Under the pieces are notes generated by a model that saw only the letters and a list, made by a program, of their open reading frames with translations, was not told the DNA's origin and searched no databases. A DNA stretch of 64,000 nt from a bacterium (GTDB lineage Bacteria; T1Sed10-126): positions 19,272 through 83,271 of the forward strand of contig PWHN01000050.1 in the NCBI GenBank assembly GCA_003554945.1, given 5' to 3'. The first letter of the stretch is position 1. Each line of letters starts with the position of its first letter. A program made the translations under genes and the position numbers. Positions 42,227 through 51,818 of this stretch are shown here, piece by piece.

Positions 42227-42532
42227 ATGGCAACAAAAGCAAGTCAAGGCTCGACTCAAAACGGTCGCGATAGCATATCTAAACGTCTTGGCCCGAAAAA
42301 ATTTGACCAGGAACTGGTTCGTGCGGGAAATATTCTTATTCGCCAGCGCGGTACCAAATACCATCCGGGTATTAATGTCGGTCGTGGCAGCGATGACACG
42401 CTGTTTGCTAAACAGGACGGCTATGTCTTCTACAAGCGACAGGGGAACGGACGCAAAGTAGTGAGCGTGCTTTCCAAAAAAGAAATAGAACACCTGGAAA
42501 AGGTGAACAAAACGGCCAAAGCTGCCGTTTGA
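42227..42532 (+). CDS. rpmA: 50S ribosomal protein L27, no N-terminal propeptide
   Basis: [22 protein letters not shown]...[16 protein letters not shown]. The RBS AGGAGG is present, and an in-frame TGA lies 7 codons upstream, so no extension is possible. Confidence 0.93.
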   Translation: MATKASQGSTQNGRDSISKRLGPKKFDQELVRAGNILIRQRGTKYHPGINVGRGSDDTLFAKQDGYVFYKRQGNGRKVVSVLSKKEIEHLEKVNKTAKAAV

Positions 42533-42603
42533 TCAGCCTCTCCCCCCGACTGCTACTGGGTTAAATCCTATTCCCCCAAAATACTGGAGTTGAATTCTCT
42601 CCT

Positions 42604-43872
42604 ATGGCCAGACCGTTTGTTGATGAGGTTTTGCTAACGGTTCGGGGTGGTGATGGCGGTGACGGCTGCACCTCTTTTGAGCGCGAACCCCACAACTCAA
42701 AAGCCGGACCCGACGGCGGTGACGGCGGCACCGGTGGCGACGTTATTCTCCAGGCCGTCGAACAGGTAAATACCCTTTCCCACCTTAATCAGAAAAGTCT
42801 GCTCACTGCTGAAGACGGAAGTCGCGGCGGTTCAAACCGTAAGCGAGGTGCTTCCGGTGACGATCTCACAATTAAAGTTCCCACCGGTACTTCTGTCTAC
42901 AACCAAAAAAATAATAAATTGCTCGGCGAGCTGTTAGAAGATGGCCAAACTCTGAAAGTTGCCAGTGGCGGTAGCGGGGGGCGCGGCAACCGCTGCTTTC
43001 GCTCCAGCCGCAATCAAGCCCCCAGATTTCATGAATTCGGCGAAACCGGCGAAGAGAAAGATATACGTATAGAGTTGAAGCTTATCGCTGATGTTGGTAT
43101 TGTGGGACTGCCCAACGCCGGCAAGTCTACGCTACTTGCCCATCTTACTAATGCTCACCCACGGGTTGCCGGACATCCCTTTACTACGATTAATCCAAAC
43201 CTTGGTGTGCTGGAAGAGGACTTTCGCCGCCTCACACTCTGTGACCTGCCCGGCCTGGTTAACGACGCTCATAAAGGAGCCGGTTTAGGCATCCAGTTCC
43301 TTCGTCACATTGACCGAACCGGTGTCCTGCTGCACCTCGTTGACATATCATCACGCACCCCGGTTGACGACTACAGGGTTGTCCGAGAAGAACTTCAAGC
43401 TTATAATCCTCAGTTGGCAGAAAAAACTGCGCTCGTGGTCTGCAATAAAATCGACCTCGTCGACTCCGGTGAAGTTGAAATTTTCGCCGAGGATATTGCT
43501 CCGGCTCCTGGACCGGTCATCGGCATTTCGGCACAGGAGAGAACGAACCTTGATCTTCTCCGGCAGCAGCTCTGGAAGCTGGCGGAGTCAGCTAAAACAG
43601 ATGAAACCGACGACTCCAAAACAGAAGAAAAAGTAGTTCGACTTGAACAGCAGGAACCAATTAAGGTTATTCCTCACGGCGATAGATACCTGCTTAGCGG
43701 CGACCGGGTTAGCGAACTTGTTCAACGCTTCGATTTGAACAACCACGAGGCGCTCAGCTATGTGCGCAGACGATTGCTGGAGATTGGGCTTCATAAAAAA
43801 TTGGAAAAAGCCGGCTGCCGGCCGGGCGACACCGTTCAAATTGGTAACAGGGAGTTTGAATACACAGGATGA
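42604..43872 (+). CDS. obg: GTPase Obg
   Basis: An Obg fold with Gly-rich N-terminus (DGGDGGTGGDV), the G domain (GLPNAGKST) and a C-terminal OCT domain. Confidence 0.93.
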   Translation: MARPFVDEVLLTVRGGDGGDGCTSFEREPHNSKAGPDGGDGGTGGDVILQAVEQVNTLSHLNQKSLLTAEDGSRGGSNRKRGASGDDLTIKVPTGTSVYNQKNNKLLGELLEDGQTLKVASGGSGGRGNRCFRSSRNQAPRFHEFGETGEEKDIRIELKLIADVGIVGLPNAGKSTLLAHLTNAHPRVAGHPFTTINPNLGVLEEDFRRLTLCDLPGLVNDAHKGAGLGIQFLRHIDRTGVLLHLVDISSRTPVDDYRVVREELQAYNPQLAEKTALVVCNKIDLVDSGEVEIFAEDIAPAPGPVIGISAQERTNLDLLRQQLWKLAESAKTDETDDSKTEEKVVRLEQQEPIKVIPHGDRYLLSGDRVSELVQRFDLNNHEALSYVRRRLLEIGLHKKLEKAGCRPGDTVQIGNREFEYTG

Positions 43873-44990
43873 AAAGAAAAGACCTAACAAAAGCAAAACG
43901 AATAGTCGTAAAAGTCGGGTCCAGCCTGCTGGACACAAATAATCCGACTATACTACGTAATCTGATATCTCAGATTAATGATTTAAGACGGCTCGAGCGC
44001 GAGGTTGTTCTCGTAAGCTCCGGTGCTATTTTTTTCGGACTCAGCACCGGCCTTTTAAACGGCGATCCGGTCACCCTGCCTCAAAAACAGGCCACGGCTG
44101 CCGTTGGCCAGCCACTCCTGATGAATTTCTACAGTGAGCTTTTTGCCAAACACGACTTACTTACCGCCCAGGTGCTTCTCACGCAGTCCGGCATCCATGA
44201 CCGTCACTCCTATCTTAACGCATCTAACACCTTGAATACGCTCCTCGACATGGGGGTTGTCCCGGTTGTCAATGAGAACGATACCGTTGCTACTGAAGAG
44301 ATTCAATTTGGTGACAACGACACCCTCTCAGTTCTGGCCAGCACCCTCTGTGATGCTGATCTGCTTATTATTTTAAGCGACGTTGAGGGGCTTTATCCCG
44401 GCCCGCCTTCAGAACATGATTCCCCCCTGCGCCGGGTTGGCGAAATAAATGATAAAATCAAATCATTAGCCGGTCCTTCGGACCCTGACAGTTCTACTGT
44501 TGGTGGTATGATTACCAAAATAGAAGCGGCCGAAACCGCCACTTCATCCGGTATTCCCATGGTCATCGCTTCCGGATATACGGACGAAGTCCTGACCAGG
44601 ATCTACAATGGCGAGGCGGTAGGTACTTTCTTTCCCCCCTGCGACGAAGCGGAGATCATTCGCGGTCGCAAACGCTGGATTGGCTACCATCTGCTGCCCA
44701 AGGGCTACTTAAAAATAGACAGCGGTGCTGTTAAAGCACTTAAGAGCAGAGGTAAAAGTCTTCTGCCCTCCGGTGTGACGCGAGCAGTAGGCCAGTTTGA
44801 ACGCGGCGATGTTGTTAAAATACTTGATGAAAGCGATAATGAATTTGCCCGGGGAATGGTTAATTACAATCAATCTGAGGTGGAGCAGTTAAAGGGATGT
44901 CAATCCTCTGAAATTTCTGATATTCTTGGGACCCATTATTACGATGAAATAATACATCGAGACAATATGGTGGTGTTTACTAATGAGTAA
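43869..44990 (+). CDS. proB: glutamate 5-kinase (with PUA domain)
   Basis: VVKVGSSLL N-terminus, an amino-acid-kinase fold and a C-terminal PUA domain. Confidence 0.9.
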   Translation: MKRKDLTKAKRIVVKVGSSLLDTNNPTILRNLISQINDLRRLEREVVLVSSGAIFFGLSTGLLNGDPVTLPQKQATAAVGQPLLMNFYSELFAKHDLLTAQVLLTQSGIHDRHSYLNASNTLNTLLDMGVVPVVNENDTVATEEIQFGDNDTLSVLASTLCDADLLIILSDVEGLYPGPPSEHDSPLRRVGEINDKIKSLAGPSDPDSSTVGGMITKIEAAETATSSGIPMVIASGYTDEVLTRIYNGEAVGTFFPPCDEAEIIRGRKRWIGYHLLPKGYLKIDSGAVKALKSRGKSLLPSGVTRAVGQFERGDVVKILDESDNEFARGMVNYNQSEVEQLKGCQSSEISDILGTHYYDEIIHRDNMVVFTNE

Positions 44991-46248
44991 TTCCGTTAAC
45001 ATTCAAAAGCTGGCACAACGATCTAAACAGGCTTCCCGCGAACTGGCGGCGGCCTCGACACTTGATAAAAACGAAGTGTTGAACCGTCTTGCTCGACTGC
45101 TTGACGAAAATCGGGAGCAGATAAAAGAGGCCAATGAAAAAGACCTCGCGGCCGGCCGAGAGAACGATCTTTCCGCCGCGATGCTTGACCGGTTAATGCT
45201 CGACGATGATCGGATTGACTCCATGATCGCGGGACTAATGAAAATCATCGATCTTGAAGATCCCGTTGGAGAAATGATTGAACAGGTAAGACGACCAAAT
45301 GATTTAAAAATTGGTCGGCAGCGCGTTCCGCTGGGCGTAATCGGAATTATATACGAATCACGACCAAACGTTACCGTTGATGCCGCTGCGCTCTGTCTAA
45401 AATCTGGAAACTGCACACTGCTGCGCGGTGGTTCCGAAGCCCGCCACTCCAATTACTTGCTGGTCGATCTAATCCAGAAGGCACTGCACGATCTCTTGCC
45501 GGAAGCCGCTGTTCAAATTTTGCGCGATCAGGATCACTCCCTGGTTGATGAGATGCTCCGCCAGGATAACTTCATCGACGTCATTATCCCGCGCGGCGGT
45601 GAAGGCCTGATAAAAATGGTCGCCGAAAAATCAACCATTCCGGTGATAAAACACTATAAAGGGGTCTGTCACACTTACGTCTCGGACAGCGCCAACCTTC
45701 AAATGGCTGAAAAGATCTGTCTCAACGCAAAAACTCAGCGCCCCGGTGTCTGCAACGCCATGGAGACCCTGATTTTACACAAGGAACTCCCCGATAAGTT
45801 CATTCAAGGGTTGTTCCAAAAAATGGCCGAACACAACGTTGAACTACGCGCCGACAACGAACTCAGAAATCGTATTTCTGGCGGCGACTTCAAACTTCAG
45901 CCGGTTAATGAAGACGACTGGGACGCGGAATATCTGGATTATATCCTCAGCGTCAAACAGGTTGAATCTACTGCTGAAGCAATTGACCACGTTAACCGCC
46001 ACGGTTCCAATCACTCCGATGCCATAATTACAGAAAATTACTCGGAAGCCGAAACGTTTCTGGATCAGGTCGACTCGGCTGCCGTTTATGTGAACGCTTC
46101 GACTCGCTTTACTGACGGCGGCGAATTCGGTCTTGGAGCAGAAATTGGCATCAGCACCGAACGGCTACACGCCCGCGGGCCGATGGGTCTTCGCGAGCTA
46201 ACTATTCCCAAGTATGTAATCCATGGACAGGGACAAATCCGCAGTTAA
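44983..46248 (+). CDS. proA: gamma-glutamyl phosphate reductase
   Basis: 421 aa with an aldehyde-dehydrogenase-like fold. Translationally coupled to proB. Confidence 0.9.
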   Translation: MSNSVNIQKLAQRSKQASRELAAASTLDKNEVLNRLARLLDENREQIKEANEKDLAAGRENDLSAAMLDRLMLDDDRIDSMIAGLMKIIDLEDPVGEMIEQVRRPNDLKIGRQRVPLGVIGIIYESRPNVTVDAAALCLKSGNCTLLRGGSEARHSNYLLVDLIQKALHDLLPEAAVQILRDQDHSLVDEMLRQDNFIDVIIPRGGEGLIKMVAEKSTIPVIKHYKGVCHTYVSDSANLQMAEKICLNAKTQRPGVCNAMETLILHKELPDKFIQGLFQKMAEHNVELRADNELRNRISGGDFKLQPVNEDDWDAEYLDYILSVKQVESTAEAIDHVNRHGSNHSDAIITENYSEAETFLDQVDSAAVYVNASTRFTDGGEFGLGAEIGISTERLHARGPMGLRELTIPKYVIHGQGQIRS

Positions 46249-46846
46249 AGACCAACCCGAACTCTCCGGAGACGTCGGCGTCTTTGGCGGCATGTTCAAC
46301 CCGCCCCATGTCGGCCACCTGGCTGGAGCTCAGGAGGTTGGTTTCAAGCTTAATCTTCAAAAAATTCTCTTTGTCCCCACACATCAACCGCCGCATCGCC
46401 CTTCGCCGGCCATTTCTGCTGAACACCGCCTCGCAATGACCCGGCTTGCAGTCGCTGACAACCCTCTCTTTTCAGTATGCGAGCTGGAGTTTGAACGGTC
46501 AGATGTCTCCTATACTTTTGATACTCTTGAGACCCTGAAAAACCGTTATCCAACGGTCCAGCTACACCTGATTATTGGCACTGATGAATTAAATTCTTTT
46601 GACACCTGGCACCAATACGAAAAAATACTCGAACTGGCTCGGATTGTCGTTATGACCCGGCCCGGGTTCCGCCCTGATCCGCCTGAGCTTTTCTCAAAAT
46701 ACAGCCCCCTGCTGGTTGAAATTCCTTCCCTTGAAATAGCCTCGCGGAAAATAAGAGCAAGGGCGCGGGATAATCAACCTCTGCGTTATCTCCTCACTCC
46801 TCCTGTCGAAAAATACATTAAGGAAAAAGAACTCTACCATGAATAA
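46223..46846 (+). CDS. nadD: nicotinate-nucleotide adenylyltransferase
   Basis: GVFGGMFNPPHVGHL matches the (H/T)xGH nucleotidyltransferase motif. The start overlaps the proA 3' end. Confidence 0.88.
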   Translation: MDRDKSAVKDQPELSGDVGVFGGMFNPPHVGHLAGAQEVGFKLNLQKILFVPTHQPPHRPSPAISAEHRLAMTRLAVADNPLFSVCELEFERSDVSYTFDTLETLKNRYPTVQLHLIIGTDELNSFDTWHQYEKILELARIVVMTRPGFRPDPPELFSKYSPLLVEIPSLEIASRKIRARARDNQPLRYLLTPPVEKYIKEKELYHE

Positions 46847-47447
46847 AATAGCGCTGAAACAAAACGTCCTCAGGTCACTCGACTCTGATTATCTGCGCTG
46901 GGCCCGCGAGCTAATGAGCGAAAATCGCTGGTCCCACACACTTGGTGTACTCAACAACATAGACCGGCTGCTTGACTCTTATGCTCAACTGGATCCTTTT
47001 AGAGAACAACTGCTACTGGCCGGGCTCTTGCACGACGTCGGCAAAGATTTGCCCTTGAATCAACAGAAGCAACTGGCAGGTCAACTTCAAAACGGGCTCG
47101 ATGAAATTGAACAGCAGCTTCCTGCTATCTGGCACGGACCGGCCGCCGCACGACTTGTTCTTTCAGAGTTTAATCTCAAGACGGCGGACCCGCTCATCGA
47201 GGCCATAGCTTTACACTCAACCGGGGCAAGCACTAAACATACCATCTGTGACGCCCTTGTTGTTGCCGATTTTTCCGCGCCGGACCGGGATTTTTCTGAA
47301 GCCGGTCAAATACGTGATAAAATTTCTAAACTTCCTTTCAACCGGCTGGTTCACGAAACAATACGTTACAAACTCCTGGAATGTCTCGATAATTTTAAAC
47401 TGATTCATCCCCGTTCACTGGAGGCTTACAACCGGCTATGCGAATAA
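46839..47447 (+). CDS. yqeK: HD-domain protein YqeK (bis(5'-nucleosyl)-tetraphosphatase-like)
   Basis: HD motif (LLAGLLHDVGKDLP). Conserved position right after nadD. Confidence 0.8.
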   Translation: MNKIALKQNVLRSLDSDYLRWARELMSENRWSHTLGVLNNIDRLLDSYAQLDPFREQLLLAGLLHDVGKDLPLNQQKQLAGQLQNGLDEIEQQLPAIWHGPAAARLVLSEFNLKTADPLIEAIALHSTGASTKHTICDALVVADFSAPDRDFSEAGQIRDKISKLPFNRLVHETIRYKLLECLDNFKLIHPRSLEAYNRLCE

Positions 47448-48577
47448 CTAACCTTCTTGCCCTGGTGATTGGTGGATTTCTGATCCTCGGAGCATTCGCT
47501 CTCTATTTTTTCCCGGAACAGCCGCTTGAACTCGAAGAAAAACCAGAATTTGTTCTCAGGCAGCTTGAAGAAGAACAGCGTGTGACCGGCTCTATAATTC
47601 ACAGCGCTAACGGCCGTTTGGGCCACCTCTATCTACTCGGTTATGAGCCGATGACCGAGAAGCTCAGTCTGATATTTCTGCATCACGAAAACAAAATTTT
47701 CTCTTCCGTTTACGCCGACGATATCAGTCTCGGCGAGTTATACAATAACCTGGACCGGGAAACTTTTCTCGAAGAGATAGCTTACTTTTTTGAAATTGAG
47801 CTGCACTTCTGGCTTTACAGCTCACCGGAATCCCTACGCCGATTTACCGACACCCTGGGCGGGGTCTCCCTCTCCGACCCGCTACAAGGCGAGATTACCG
47901 GTGAGGATCGCTGGTTGGACGGTGAGATGCTGCTTGAATTTCTCAACTCCGATGAGCTACTTCAACTTGGGACCGATGCACTGCGTGCCCGGCATAAGGC
48001 ATTTTTAATCGCTCTCAGTCAGGAACTGCAGGAAAAAAGCTATCTCCTGGAAGACGACCAGCTTTATTCACAACTTGAGCAACTGGTCACCTCCAACCTC
48101 AGTGCCCAAGAATTTCGCAAAGCCGGCAAGCTACTGGCCAACATCCGCCGGAACAACCTGCGGGTCTTGCACCCGTTTCCGGGACAGCCGATTGCAGATG
48201 AAAAAGTTGACGTGGAAATTGTCCGGCGCATGCTACCACGGCCTTTGAGACACGAAATTGAGCTGGCACAGCCGCGTGAATTAATTGAGGTCCAGGTCCT
48301 TAACGGCGTTGGTGAACCGGGACTGGCCGGCCGCGTTCGCGACTATCTGCGAAATTACGACTTTGTGGATGTGGTTGAAACAGATAACGCCGACCACACT
48401 GACTATGAAACGTCTCTATTCATTGACCGAGGCGATCATCCCCAGTCTGCTTATCGGCTTAATGAAATATTTGGTTTTGGTGAACTACAGCTTGATCCCT
48501 CCACACGAGCGCTTGTTGATGTTACACTTGTAGTTGGTGAAGATATGCTGGAATATCTGGATGAGGTTGAGGAATAG
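47438..48577 (+). CDS. LCP-like (LytR-CpsA-Psr) membrane protein with a LytR_C domain
   Basis: An N-terminal TM and an LCP-like core (FTDTLGGVSLSDP). The C-terminal LytR_C signature is IEVQVLNGVGEPGLAGRVRDYL. The catalytic residues were not clearly seen. Confidence 0.55.
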   Translation: MRITNLLALVIGGFLILGAFALYFFPEQPLELEEKPEFVLRQLEEEQRVTGSIIHSANGRLGHLYLLGYEPMTEKLSLIFLHHENKIFSSVYADDISLGELYNNLDRETFLEEIAYFFEIELHFWLYSSPESLRRFTDTLGGVSLSDPLQGEITGEDRWLDGEMLLEFLNSDELLQLGTDALRARHKAFLIALSQELQEKSYLLEDDQLYSQLEQLVTSNLSAQEFRKAGKLLANIRRNNLRVLHPFPGQPIADEKVDVEIVRRMLPRPLRHEIELAQPRELIEVQVLNGVGEPGLAGRVRDYLRNYDFVDVVETDNADHTDYETSLFIDRGDHPQSAYRLNEIFGFGELQLDPSTRALVDVTLVVGEDMLEYLDEVEE

Positions 48578-48594
48578 CCTGATTTATTAACCCG

Positions 48595-48960
48595 GTGTTT
48601 ATACTTATGAGTGCAGATCTTGTTGAACATATTGTTAAAATTTTAGACGACAATAAGGCCGAAGAAATTACTGTCCTTGAGGTTACAGATCAGATTGGTC
48701 TTACCGACTACTTTGTCATTGCCAGCGGCCAGTCACTTCCCCATTTGAATTTTTTAAACCGGGAAGTTAAAAAACAAATTAAAGATGAACAGGACAAACA
48801 ACCGCTGGCAAGGGAAGGTAGTGCCGACGGCGGCTGGTTAATCACTGATTACGGTACCGTTATAGTCCATCTTTTTCTACCGAAAACGCGAAGGTATTAT
48901 AATCTTGAAGGGCTCTGGGCGGACGCGCCAGAATTAGAGCCTAAATTTCTTAAATCGTGA
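48595..48960 (+). CDS. rsfS: ribosomal silencing factor RsfS (Iojap)
   Basis: 121 aa containing ITVLEVTDQIGLTDYFVIASGQS. Confidence 0.88.
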   Translation: MFILMSADLVEHIVKILDDNKAEEITVLEVTDQIGLTDYFVIASGQSLPHLNFLNREVKKQIKDEQDKQPLAREGSADGGWLITDYGTVIVHLFLPKTRRYYNLEGLWADAPELEPKFLKS

Positions 48961-48970
48961 GGGTTGCTCA

Positions 48971-49519
48971 ATGGAATTTCAGGATGAGTTTGAACAAATT
49001 CTTCTCACTGAAGAAGAAATAAATCAAAAGGTTAAGTCTCTCGGTGTTCAACTAACTGAAGATTACCGGGATAAAAACCCCCTTCTCGTCGGCGTTTTAC
49101 GAGGCTGTGTAACTTTTATGGCCGACTTAATGCGGGAAATTGAGGTCCCGGTTGAGCTGGATTTTCTTTCCGTCGCCAGCTACGGCCAGTCCGCTTTCAC
49201 AAGCGGTGTTGTCCGCGTCCTGAAAGATCTGAGCGAAGATGTCGACGGTCGACACGTAATCCTGATTGAGGATATAGTTGACTCCGGCCTCACGCTTAAC
49301 TATCTAATTAACTACTTAAACGGACGCAACCCCGCATCAATCGCCACCTGTGTTCTACTTGATAAACCTTACCGCCGCGAAGTTGACGTAAAAGCTGACT
49401 ATGTCGGTTTTGAGGTTCCCGATAAATTTCTCGTCGGTTACGGACTCGACTACGCTCAAAAATATCGTAACTTACCCTATGTTGCTACTCTGAAAGATAA
49501 TGCTATCGAGGAGGAATAA
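48971..49519 (+). CDS. hpt: hypoxanthine phosphoribosyltransferase
   Basis: LVGVLRGCVTFMADL plus the PRPP-binding stretch VILIEDIVDSGLTL. Confidence 0.88.
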   Translation: MEFQDEFEQILLTEEEINQKVKSLGVQLTEDYRDKNPLLVGVLRGCVTFMADLMREIEVPVELDFLSVASYGQSAFTSGVVRVLKDLSEDVDGRHVILIEDIVDSGLTLNYLINYLNGRNPASIATCVLLDKPYRREVDVKADYVGFEVPDKFLVGYGLDYAQKYRNLPYVATLKDNAIEEE

Positions 49520-49521
49520 CC

Positions 49522-50007
49522 GTGGACAAACTGCTTGAACTTCTTGAAGAAAACGGCCGCCTTCCGGTCAAAGAACTGGCCGCCGCCCTTGAAATGTCGG
49601 AGGAGGAAATACGTGAAAAAATTCAGGATTATGAGAAAAATGGTGTTATCAAAGGATACCGTGCAGTTATTAACAGACGCAACCTCCCGGAACCACCGGA
49701 CTCGGTTACCGGACTGATTGAAGTTGACATAGCACCACAACCTGACACCGGATTTGACGAGATAGCCCGTGAAATATACGACCATCCCGAAGTCAAAGCC
49801 TGCTACCTCTGCTCCGGTGACTACGATCTACTTGTGCGCATAGAAGCCGAAAACCTCAATGAAATCGCCGAGTTTGTCTCCCGCGAGCTGGCCCCGTTAA
49901 AAAACGTCCATAAAACTGAATCCCACTTTATGCTGAAAACTTATAAAGAAGCCGGGGTTAACTTCGAAGCACCTTCCCAGGACCGCCGCCTCTCGATCTC
50001 GCCATGA
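49522..50007 (+). CDS. Lrp/AsnC-family transcriptional regulator
   Basis: An N-terminal HTH (DKLLELLEENGRLPVKELAAAL) and a C-terminal RAM domain. Confidence 0.8.
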   Translation: MDKLLELLEENGRLPVKELAAALEMSEEEIREKIQDYEKNGVIKGYRAVINRRNLPEPPDSVTGLIEVDIAPQPDTGFDEIAREIYDHPEVKACYLCSGDYDLLVRIEAENLNEIAEFVSRELAPLKNVHKTESHFMLKTYKEAGVNFEAPSQDRRLSISP

Positions 50008-51182
50008 TTGAAATATCCGATACGGTAGCTTCACTGAAACCCTCCGGCATACGGGAATTTTTTGACCTGGTAATGGGTATGGATGACGTTATTTCACTCG
50101 GCGTCGGCGAACCGGATTTCGCCACTCCCTGGCACATACGCGAGGCCGCCATTCAATCGATCGAGGACGGTTTTACCAACTACACTTCAAACAAGGGAAT
50201 GACCGAACTCCGTAACGCTCTCTCCGAACACCTGGACAGCGAACACAACCTCAACTACGACCCTGAAGACGAAATACTTATCACTACCGGCGTTAGCGAG
50301 GGTATGGATATCGCCATGCGTGCTCTGCTCAATCCCGGTGACGAAGTTATTATCCCCACCCCTTGTTACGTCTCCTACCTTCCCACTGCTAAAATGGCCG
50401 GCGGTAAAGTTAAGATTCTGAATACTGCTAAAAATGATTTTAAAATCGACCACAACCAACTGGAAGAACTGATCAGTCCCAGGACAAAACTGCTTGTCCT
50501 CAACTACCCCTCCAATCCGACCGGGGTTACCTACGGTAAACAGGAACTTGATAAAATTGCTGAACTTGTTCGTAAACATGAACTGATTGTTATTTCAGAC
50601 GAAATTTACGGTCACCTTACCTATAATCACGAACACTACCCTTTCCCCACTCTTGAATCCATGCGGGAGCAGACCATCTTCCTCAACGGATACTCCAAGA
50701 GCTGTGCAATGACCGGTATGCGTATCGCCTACGCCGCCGCCCCCCCAAAAATAATCGCCGCCATGAACAAAATTCATCAGTATACTATGCTATGTGCACC
50801 AACCACTTCTCAATTCGCTGCCGTCGAGGCCACACGGCACGGTGCTGACGCTATAAAAGAGATGAAAGGAGAATACGAGCGGCGGCGGAACCTGGTTCAC
50901 AACCGTCTTAACGAAATGGGATTAGACTGTCCCCTACCGGAAGGTGCTTTCTATGCCTTCCCCTCAGTTAAAAAAACCGGGTTTGAGCCGGAAGACTTTT
51001 GTCGTAAACTGCTGGCCGAGCATAGCGTTGCCGCTGTCCCCGGCGACGCTTTCGGCCCCGGCGGCGAGACTCACATCCGCATCTCTTACGCAACCGGATT
51101 TCAGAAGCTGCGCGAGGCTCTCTCGCGCATGGAAGAATTTGTCAATGAACACAGCGCTCATACTGCTGGCTCGACAGGCTGA
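50004..51182 (+). CDS. class I/II (aspartate-type) PLP-dependent aminotransferase
   Basis: NYPSNPTG motif and the PLP-lysine context YSKSCAMTGMR. Confidence 0.85.
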   Translation: MIEISDTVASLKPSGIREFFDLVMGMDDVISLGVGEPDFATPWHIREAAIQSIEDGFTNYTSNKGMTELRNALSEHLDSEHNLNYDPEDEILITTGVSEGMDIAMRALLNPGDEVIIPTPCYVSYLPTAKMAGGKVKILNTAKNDFKIDHNQLEELISPRTKLLVLNYPSNPTGVTYGKQELDKIAELVRKHELIVISDEIYGHLTYNHEHYPFPTLESMREQTIFLNGYSKSCAMTGMRIAYAAAPPKIIAAMNKIHQYTMLCAPTTSQFAAVEATRHGADAIKEMKGEYERRRNLVHNRLNEMGLDCPLPEGAFYAFPSVKKTGFEPEDFCRKLLAEHSVAAVPGDAFGPGGETHIRISYATGFQKLREALSRMEEFVNEHSAHTAGSTG

Positions 51183-51807
51183 ATTTCTTCCTTTCCTCTC
51201 CCGCAGGCAGGGGTTTAAAAATAACTCCCGCAAGGAAATAAATTTCTTCCAGCTTCCCCTCGGTGATTTCCATCTACGTATCTTGGCCGTGGGGAGCAGG
51301 CCGGAGAGCATCCACAGGCGAGTCGACTCACTGCCGGCCGACTGGCTCCGGAAACCAGTTCTATTCTTAGGCACTGCCGGCGCTTTAACAGATGAGCTAA
51401 AAACCTATTCTCTTTTCCTGGCCGATGAAATTGTTTCTGCGAAGGATGGCTCACGGCTCGCAATAAATAACCGTTCTGTAATCAATCGAAGCTTGCTGCA
51501 ACAGCTTGCCCCTGATTTTTCCACTAACTCTTCATTACTTACCAGCTCAAAACCTCTGCTTGACCGCTCGAGTCGTCTGCAGGCCGGTCAACAGTATCAA
51601 AGCCAGGCAGTTGACCTTGAGGCGGTCCACATCTATAAGGCGCTTCGCAACCACCAGGATGATCTCAGCTTTACTTGCTTAAAAATTATCTCTGATGGGC
51701 TTGATGACTCACAGTATGCAACCGTTCTCGAGCAACAAAAACCGGCCCTTGAAAAATTGTGGGATATTATCCTCAGTAATCCCGACCTATTCCAGCTCAA
51801 TAAATAA
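51145..51807 (+). CDS. phosphorylase-family (MTAN / futalosine-hydrolase-like) protein
   Basis: ~220 aa beginning MNTALILLARQAEFLP, with G(T)AG and VDLEA motifs typical of the PNP/UDP/MTAN fold. The upstream part of the tracked ORF overlaps the aminotransferase, and I judge it a spurious extension. Confidence 0.4.
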   Translation: MNTALILLARQAEFLPFLSRRQGFKNNSRKEINFFQLPLGDFHLRILAVGSRPESIHRRVDSLPADWLRKPVLFLGTAGALTDELKTYSLFLADEIVSAKDGSRLAINNRSVINRSLLQQLAPDFSTNSSLLTSSKPLLDRSSRLQAGQQYQSQAVDLEAVHIYKALRNHQDDLSFTCLKIISDGLDDSQYATVLEQQKPALEKLWDIILSNPDLFQLNK

Positions 51808-51818
51808 GCTCTACGATG

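Noticed and set aside
50944-51144. Upstream part of the tracked ORF 50944..51807
   Set aside because: It overlaps the aminotransferase gene out of frame. The phosphorylase-family domain only begins at MNTALILL (51145).
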